Shown here one piece after another: positions 59,251 to 64,000 of a stretch of DNA of 64,000 bases. The position numbers and the translations under genes are program-made. Every line of letters begins with the position of its first letter. Positions within the stretch are counted from its first letter, which is position 1. Source of the DNA: Candidatus Kuenenia stuttgartensis (GTDB lineage Bacteria > Planctomycetota > JAKEIC01 > DYIT01); the NCBI GenBank assembly GCA_020723505.1, contig DYIT01000008.1, positions 14,579-78,578 of the forward strand, in the 5' to 3' direction. The notes under the pieces were generated by a model that was not told the DNA's origin, did not search any database, and worked only from the letters and a program-made list of their open reading frames with translations.

Positions 59251-60546
59251 CTACGACTTCAGTATCGGCAGCACGCTGGACCCGAGCGGCATGAGCCAGG
59301 TCTTCAAGTCCTTGCCTTTTCCGCCGTAGGCCAGATCGAGCGCCTCGGGAAGCGTCTTCACCACGCGGATGTTCGTCTTGGCAAGCAGCGGCTTTTCTAT
59401 GGCGCTCACGACGATTAGGTTGTACTTGTCGGCCGCCGCGCAGATGTACCAGCAGACGTATTTGGGGACCGAGAAGACGCTCCGGACGTCGCTCTCGCGG
59501 TCCTTCGTGGTCTCGAAATCCAGGAATATCCTTCGCGCGTCCTCCGGGCCGAGCCCCTCCCTGCACTCGCTTAGCACGATGAGCGTGCCCCCCGGCTTCA
59601 CGGAGTCCTGGGCGTTGTATATGGCTTTCCCGGTCTGGTAGAACTCGATGTCCTTGGGATACCCGCCCTGGGAGGCTATGGTCAGGTCTCCGAGCTCGGG
59701 AATCGGCACGCCCCAGAGCTCCTCCACGACCCCGCATGCATGCTCGTGCGCGTCGAACCAGTGGCCGGCCGCGGCGCGCGCTATCTTTCCGTCGTATCCC
59801 ATGATCACGTTCAGCAGGAAGGCCGGGTTCGCCATGCGCGTGGCCTCGACCGAGTCCTTGTAGACCGGGTTGCCCTCGATGTTGCCGTTGCGCGCCTCCT
59901 TCCTCTGGCCCCCGCCGACGACGTCGCTCAGGACCATGCGGTGGTTGCGCTGGACCGATTCGAATCCGCAGATGCCTGGCATCACGGACTTCTTGCCCCC
60001 GCCCCAGCCGAAGAACGGATGGTAGGTGCAGCACCCGGTCAGGATCATGAAGTCGCAGTCCATGGCGGTCTTGTTGACCGAGACGGGCGTGCCGAAGCTC
60101 GTCGTGCCGAGGAACCTGAGGTTCGCCTCGTCCTTCGGGTCGTGGTCCTGGATTTTGAACCGTCCCGCGAGCTCCGGCCCGAGGATTTTCGTATGCTCCT
60201 CCGGCGTCTGCTTGCGGTGGAGGCCGATCGAGCCTATGAACCTTATTTTCGAGTCCGGGACTCCGGCGCCGTTGATTTCCTTCACCAGTATGGGAAGGTA
60301 GACGAATGGCCTGTGCCAGAGCCTGGTGACGTCGGACACGACGACCGCCACGGTGCTCCCGGGCTTGAGGATTTCCCCGAGCCTTCCCGACCCCACGGGG
60401 TGCTCGAGCGCATGCCGGACCACGTCCTCCTCGGGCCTGGATTTGGCGCGGCTCTTCTTCTCGATGACGCCCAGCAGGTTCTCCCGCGGCACCGAGACGT
60501 CCAACGTGCCGGCGCCGTACTTCATGGAAACCGTCTTCATCCGCAT
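59251..60546 (-). CDS. larA: LarA-family (nickel-pincer-dependent lactate racemase-like, DUF2088) protein
   Basis: VAVVVSDVTRLWHRP...LPILVKEINGAGV...IGSIGLHRKQTPEEHTKILG and later histidine-containing motifs match the LarA N-terminal domain pattern. ATG 60546 follows AAGGGG. The substrate cannot be inferred. Confidence 0.75.
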   Translation of the reverse strand: MRMKTVSMKYGAGTLDVSVPRENLLGVIEKKSRAKSRPEEDVVRHALEHPVGSGRLGEILKPGSTVAVVVSDVTRLWHRPFVYLPILVKEINGAGVPDSKIRFIGSIGLHRKQTPEEHTKILGPELAGRFKIQDHDPKDEANLRFLGTTSFGTPVSVNKTAMDCDFMILTGCCTYHPFFGWGGGKKSVMPGICGFESVQRNHRMVLSDVVGGGQRKEARNGNIEGNPVYKDSVEATRMANPAFLLNVIMGYDGKIARAAAGHWFDAHEHACGVVEELWGVPIPELGDLTIASQGGYPKDIEFYQTGKAIYNAQDSVKPGGTLIVLSECREGLGPEDARRIFLDFETTKDRESDVRSVFSVPKYVCWYICAAADKYNLIVVSAIEKPLLAKTNIRVVKTLPEALDLAYGGKGKDLKTWLMPLGSSVLPILKS

Positions 60547-60616
60547 TTGATTCCCCTTCACTGTGCATGTCGTAACTGTCTTCCCAATTAACGCAAGGAG
60601 GAACCGATCCAAGGCT

Positions 60617-61393
60617 CTACAAGTGCCATCTTGCCGTGTACGCCTTGCAGATGCGGTCGAGCATGCATGAATATTCGGCGTCGATGTCGATACCTAGCGA
60701 GTTGTCGCGCGCCACGGAAGGCGGATTTACATTATCGATGAAAACGGGCACGAGAAGAACGTAATCGTATGCGACAAGGTCCGTTCTTCCGGGAGGTCGG
60801 GTCGGTAATTCGCGAAACTTCTCCACGGTACGCCTAGCGTCCTGTGGACTGTTGTTGCTCACGGCGTTTGGGAATTCTGCCCATAATTTATCGTCTCCGG
60901 TGGAAAGGCGCGGAAGAATTCGCCCGATGAAGTCACCTGGTGAAAGGAAAGGCTTCAACCTATCCGGTACGTTGAGTACGTTATCTGCAACACCAATGAG
61001 CACAGTTGCTATTAATACGGCGTCGGGCTTCTTCTGATGGAGCACGCCAAGCACGTCACTCAAGTCGTCATAACGGTTTGTGCGGTTGCGGTGTGCCGTG
61101 ACAACGGACTTGTTCTCGATACACAGGCGCAAACTGGCAAGGTCAGGTCCGGATTCATCTTCATTGGGTTCTGCGACGACCAGGTCAAGTTTACGTGCCC
61201 GCCCACCGGGTGATGGGAAGTCGAACCACTCACGAATGAGACCAGCCATAAAATCCCCCCGGATGGGTTCACAAGTATCAATCAGGTCGTTCAAAATACC
61301 GCGACTTACCGTACCCGAATGTTCCTCGAGCCTATGGTTGTGAAAGCCTCGCTTCCGTATGTCATCGACAGTCTGATCAAACGGAGTATGCAT
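60617..61393 (-). CDS. Putative type II restriction endonuclease (PD-(D/E)XK)
   Basis: It lies immediately downstream of the methylase gene. The candidate catalytic pattern is KLDLVV...LCIENKS (D...E.K). ATG 61393 with GAGGT 4 nt upstream is preferred over 61435. I recognise no named family. Confidence 0.55.
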   Translation of the reverse strand: MHTPFDQTVDDIRKRGFHNHRLEEHSGTVSRGILNDLIDTCEPIRGDFMAGLIREWFDFPSPGGRARKLDLVVAEPNEDESGPDLASLRLCIENKSVVTAHRNRTNRYDDLSDVLGVLHQKKPDAVLIATVLIGVADNVLNVPDRLKPFLSPGDFIGRILPRLSTGDDKLWAEFPNAVSNNSPQDARRTVEKFRELPTRPPGRTDLVAYDYVLLVPVFIDNVNPPSVARDNSLGIDIDAEYSCMLDRICKAYTARWHL

Positions 61394-61403
61394 TCGTACC
61401 TCA

Positions 61404-62804
61404 TCACATGAAGGACGGCTCCGCTTGCTGTGCATGGGAGCGTACTCGCCGCATAATTCCTTTCCCCGCGATCGCTAAAGCTACATCATCCGGGAGGGGA
61501 AGTCGCTGCAACGCACGACTCTGGAGGCGCAAGAATCCCTTGGCCGCATGCTGGCAGTTCCGCGTGAGCCACTCCTGGGCAGCTGGGGATTGCAGGTATC
61601 CGGCAATCGCATCTACGGCATCTGGCTCATGAGGGACAATGTAGTAGATAGAGTGACGCGGCACGATTCGGCCGCTGCGATCCACCCAGAAGTGCGGCTT
61701 CTCGCAGATGTCCTTACACAGAATCTTCGGACGCAGGATGTCCCGCAGCATAGGTGTTTCATGAAATGCATGCCACGGCTTCCGCCTGACACACCTTCTA
61801 GCAAGGAGTCTTCTGCGTATATCGCCTCGCATGAGGTAACGGCCGAGGCTTCCGAGCTTCTCCATCGGCAACAGTCTGCAGTTCGTATCGTAAGGTATCA
61901 GCATGACGAAACGATTTTTGAGATCGACTGTCGTCGGAGTGAGCTCTCGGCCAGCTAATGTCGGGTAAGAAAAGCGGCGAATCGTCGGATCGAGACCATC
62001 CATGGGCTGCACGAAAACATCGTCCGCTCCCGTAGCGACTCCGCAACTGATTCGCAGGCACACGTCTGACAGCGTAATTGCGCCGTTTGGTGAAGATTCA
62101 CCTTCCAGCAACGGCAGCCATGAATCTTTCCCGAGCGGCAAACTCACCGTTGTTGTAGTGTTGTCGCGGCGTACAATCTGAGTTGGACCCGGCATGGCAT
62201 TGTTCATCACGGTGACCGTCGGATATGTTACGAGTTTACCGAACGTGTCTTCGCGTACAAAGCGAATTGCCTCGACGTGGAAATGAGAAAGCAGATTACG
62301 CAGCGGACCTGCGGTTTCGACGTACAGGTACTTCTCAGGCGTGATGAAAACGAGACGCCCGCCCGGAGCAAGACTGCTCAGCGCCTTTTCGAAAAAAAGC
62401 AGATAAAGATCAAATCGTCCGCGTGCAGTGGCGTATCGCGCCCGATACTCCGCCTTCTCGCTTTCTGAAAGGGATGTTATCGCCACGTAAGGAGGGTTCC
62501 CGACGACGAAGTCGAACTTCCTGTGGCCATCCGCGAGAAAATCCGCATGCTCCACGCGCACGGCACGATTCTTCTTGTACTTATCAAGCAGCACGGGCAT
62601 GTGACGGGAATCAGATTCAACTCCGGTGATGCTTGGAGGCGCAAGACCCATATGCTTACACCACCGGAGAATACCATCAATGAATTCGCCAGTACCGCAA
62701 CCCGGGTCAAGCACGGTGTCGATCGGTTTGGGTGATCGGGGCTTGAACAGCCAATCAACCATCATGTCGACCGTCTCCTGCGGTGTGGGCACGAAGCCTT
62801 TCAT
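61404..62804 (-). CDS. Gamma-class N6-adenine DNA methyltransferase (Eco57I/TaqI-like)
   Basis: FVPTPQETVDMMV, motif I VLDPGCGTGEF, motif IV VVGNPPYV, and a ~250-aa C-terminal target-recognition region. AAGGAGAA precedes the ATG. Confidence 0.85.
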   Translation of the reverse strand: MKGFVPTPQETVDMMVDWLFKPRSPKPIDTVLDPGCGTGEFIDGILRWCKHMGLAPPSITGVESDSRHMPVLLDKYKKNRAVRVEHADFLADGHRKFDFVVGNPPYVAITSLSESEKAEYRARYATARGRFDLYLLFFEKALSSLAPGGRLVFITPEKYLYVETAGPLRNLLSHFHVEAIRFVREDTFGKLVTYPTVTVMNNAMPGPTQIVRRDNTTTTVSLPLGKDSWLPLLEGESSPNGAITLSDVCLRISCGVATGADDVFVQPMDGLDPTIRRFSYPTLAGRELTPTTVDLKNRFVMLIPYDTNCRLLPMEKLGSLGRYLMRGDIRRRLLARRCVRRKPWHAFHETPMLRDILRPKILCKDICEKPHFWVDRSGRIVPRHSIYYIVPHEPDAVDAIAGYLQSPAAQEWLTRNCQHAAKGFLRLQSRALQRLPLPDDVALAIAGKGIMRRVRSHAQQAEPSFM

Positions 62805-63832
62805 TGAAGGCTTTTCTCCTTTTTACGGGTTTCTGGTGGAATCGGATCTTTTTACAATGATCTCATGTATACGGATAAAACTGCAACCGCGCAACTGTTT
62901 TACCAGCGCTGAAGAGTCCGGGATTCTCCGGGCGGCAAGCCATCGTTTCGTAAACGTGCATTCCTTCCGCATGCTCGTTCCCGTTCCTGTACTCGTACAC
63001 GGCTTGCGCAGAGACTGGGGTGTTTTAGAAAGGCGAAACAGGAAGAGAGGGGAAGGGCAAGAGGAAGGGAAAGAAGCCGGGTTCTGGGGACGCAGGCTAT
63101 CACGAAATGCATTTCCTGTCATAACGCAAAGACCCCGCAGCAGTTATGGGCCGGGAATCCGTACTGCGGCAGGGCCTTTGTATGCGACGAGCTTTCGAAC
63201 GTCCATCCCGCCTATGCAGTGATTCTCCTCCATAAGGGACAGCCGATGGGGGCCGGGATGGAGGTGAATATGCAGGCTTCCGGGCGCGGGATTCGAGGCT
63301 TTCGGCTTGCGCACGGGCCGTGCTCGAGTAACGAGGGCGCGGCCCATGCCGAGCAGTATTCATGGCCAAATCGCTCGGAAAATCTCGAAAACCTGAAAAC
63401 GTGTCCCGAGAAGGCCTGAGCCCGGAAGAATTCAAGCAGGGCTGCGAACAAAAAGGAGCCAGGCGGCTCTTGCCGAGGTTGAGGGAAAGATTTCCAAATG
63501 GAAAGAGATGGACGACTTCCTGAATACGTATATACAGCTTCGTATGGACACATCTTGACTCCCACCTGTTCCCGCCGCCTCTTCTGCACATCCCGCTTCA
63601 ATGAATACCCTTGGCTCCCGTCGAAATTATAACCGCAACCGAGAAGCGCGGCAGCTCCATCTCACAAGTCCTCCCGAAACCCCACGACTCCCTTGCCGGA
63701 CGTCGGCCCGACCGATCCCGCGCCGGACTCTTCATCGCTGGTCGCGAATCACGCTGCTTTCCGCTTCGCGGGGAATTTTGGCATAATGAAGGTCCTTGAT
63801 TCCCCTTTTCACCCTTGCTTTGGAGAACGACC

Positions 63833-64000
63833 ATGAGCGCAAAGACCGTGCAGTACGACAAACTCAAGAACTACACGTCGCAGGTGCTTAAGGGGCTCGG
63901 ATACCCGAAAAAGCAGGCTGACATAACCGCGGAGGTGCTGGTGGAGGCGGACGCGCGGGGCGTGCCTTCGCACGGCGTGGCGCGGCTGGATTTCTACGAG
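63833..64000 (+). CDS. Ldh_2-family (malate/L-lactate/sulfolactate dehydrogenase-like) protein, 3'-truncated by the window edge
   Basis: MSAKTVQYDKLKNYTSQVLKGLGYPKKQADITAEVLVEADARGVPSHGVARLDFYE. The ...EA(D/E).RG..SHG..R...Y motif is the typical N-terminus of this family. Confidence 0.65.
   Translation, partial: MSAKTVQYDKLKNYTSQVLKGLGYPKKQADITAEVLVEADARGVPSHGVARLDFYE

Noticed and set aside
1-64000. Search for tRNA, rRNA, tmRNA-like or CRISPR features
   Set aside because: I saw no T-loop-like GGTTCGAATCC-type sequences in cloverleaf context, no rRNA-like conserved stretches, and no arrays of regularly spaced direct repeats. This absence is by eye only; tRNAscan/Infernal/CRISPR tools should confirm it.

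Overview
This is a 64-kb window from a high-GC diderm bacterium. LPS-related genes are present: kdsC, an LpxL-family acyltransferase and a DUF374 acyltransferase. I call about 40 protein-coding genes and see no rRNA, tRNA or CRISPR array. All family calls come from motifs read by eye; no searches were run.

The gene content is unusually rich in signalling proteins:
- Five Hanks-type Ser/Thr kinase-fold proteins, two with degenerate catalytic motifs.
- One kinase fused to a STAND NTPase, TPR repeats, a GAF domain and a sigma-54 enhancer-binding module.
- One kinase fused to a receiver (REC) domain.
- One predicted pseudokinase fused to a formylglycine-generating-enzyme (FGE) domain.
- An FHA-TM-CAP protein, a tandem MshEN-like protein and a CpsB-type tyrosine phosphatase.

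Housekeeping genes are fba, holA, scpA, kdsC and a larA-family gene.

The most interesting loci are:
1. A monocistronic tRNA-guanine-transglycosylase (TGT)-fold gene fused to an ArcS/DUF5591-type domain. It carries an exact PC-X3-KPY-X2-S-X2-H archaeosine-synthase motif (12559-14412) and sits beside an AT-richer island with a MutH/Sau3AI-like R-M pair.
2. A cluster of CotH, a membrane ORF, a VTC-domain protein and DUF4956, with a divergent EF-hand CotH paralog (355-7989).
3. Two near-consensus sigma-54 (-24/-12) promoters, upstream of the FHA-CAP gene and of a 1125-aa lipoprotein gene.
4. A RAYT-like Y1 transposase flanked by inverted 25-nt REP-like repeats, with a third copy 7 kb away.
5. Several other short repeat families. 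These include a 110-125-bp palindromic element and a 43-48-nt conserved-arm hairpin upstream of three genes.

A second AT-richer R-M island (60617-62804) and an FRG-domain islet (47244-48572) also look horizontally acquired. Many long ORFs in the six-frame track are antisense shadow ORFs of this GC-rich DNA and were rejected.
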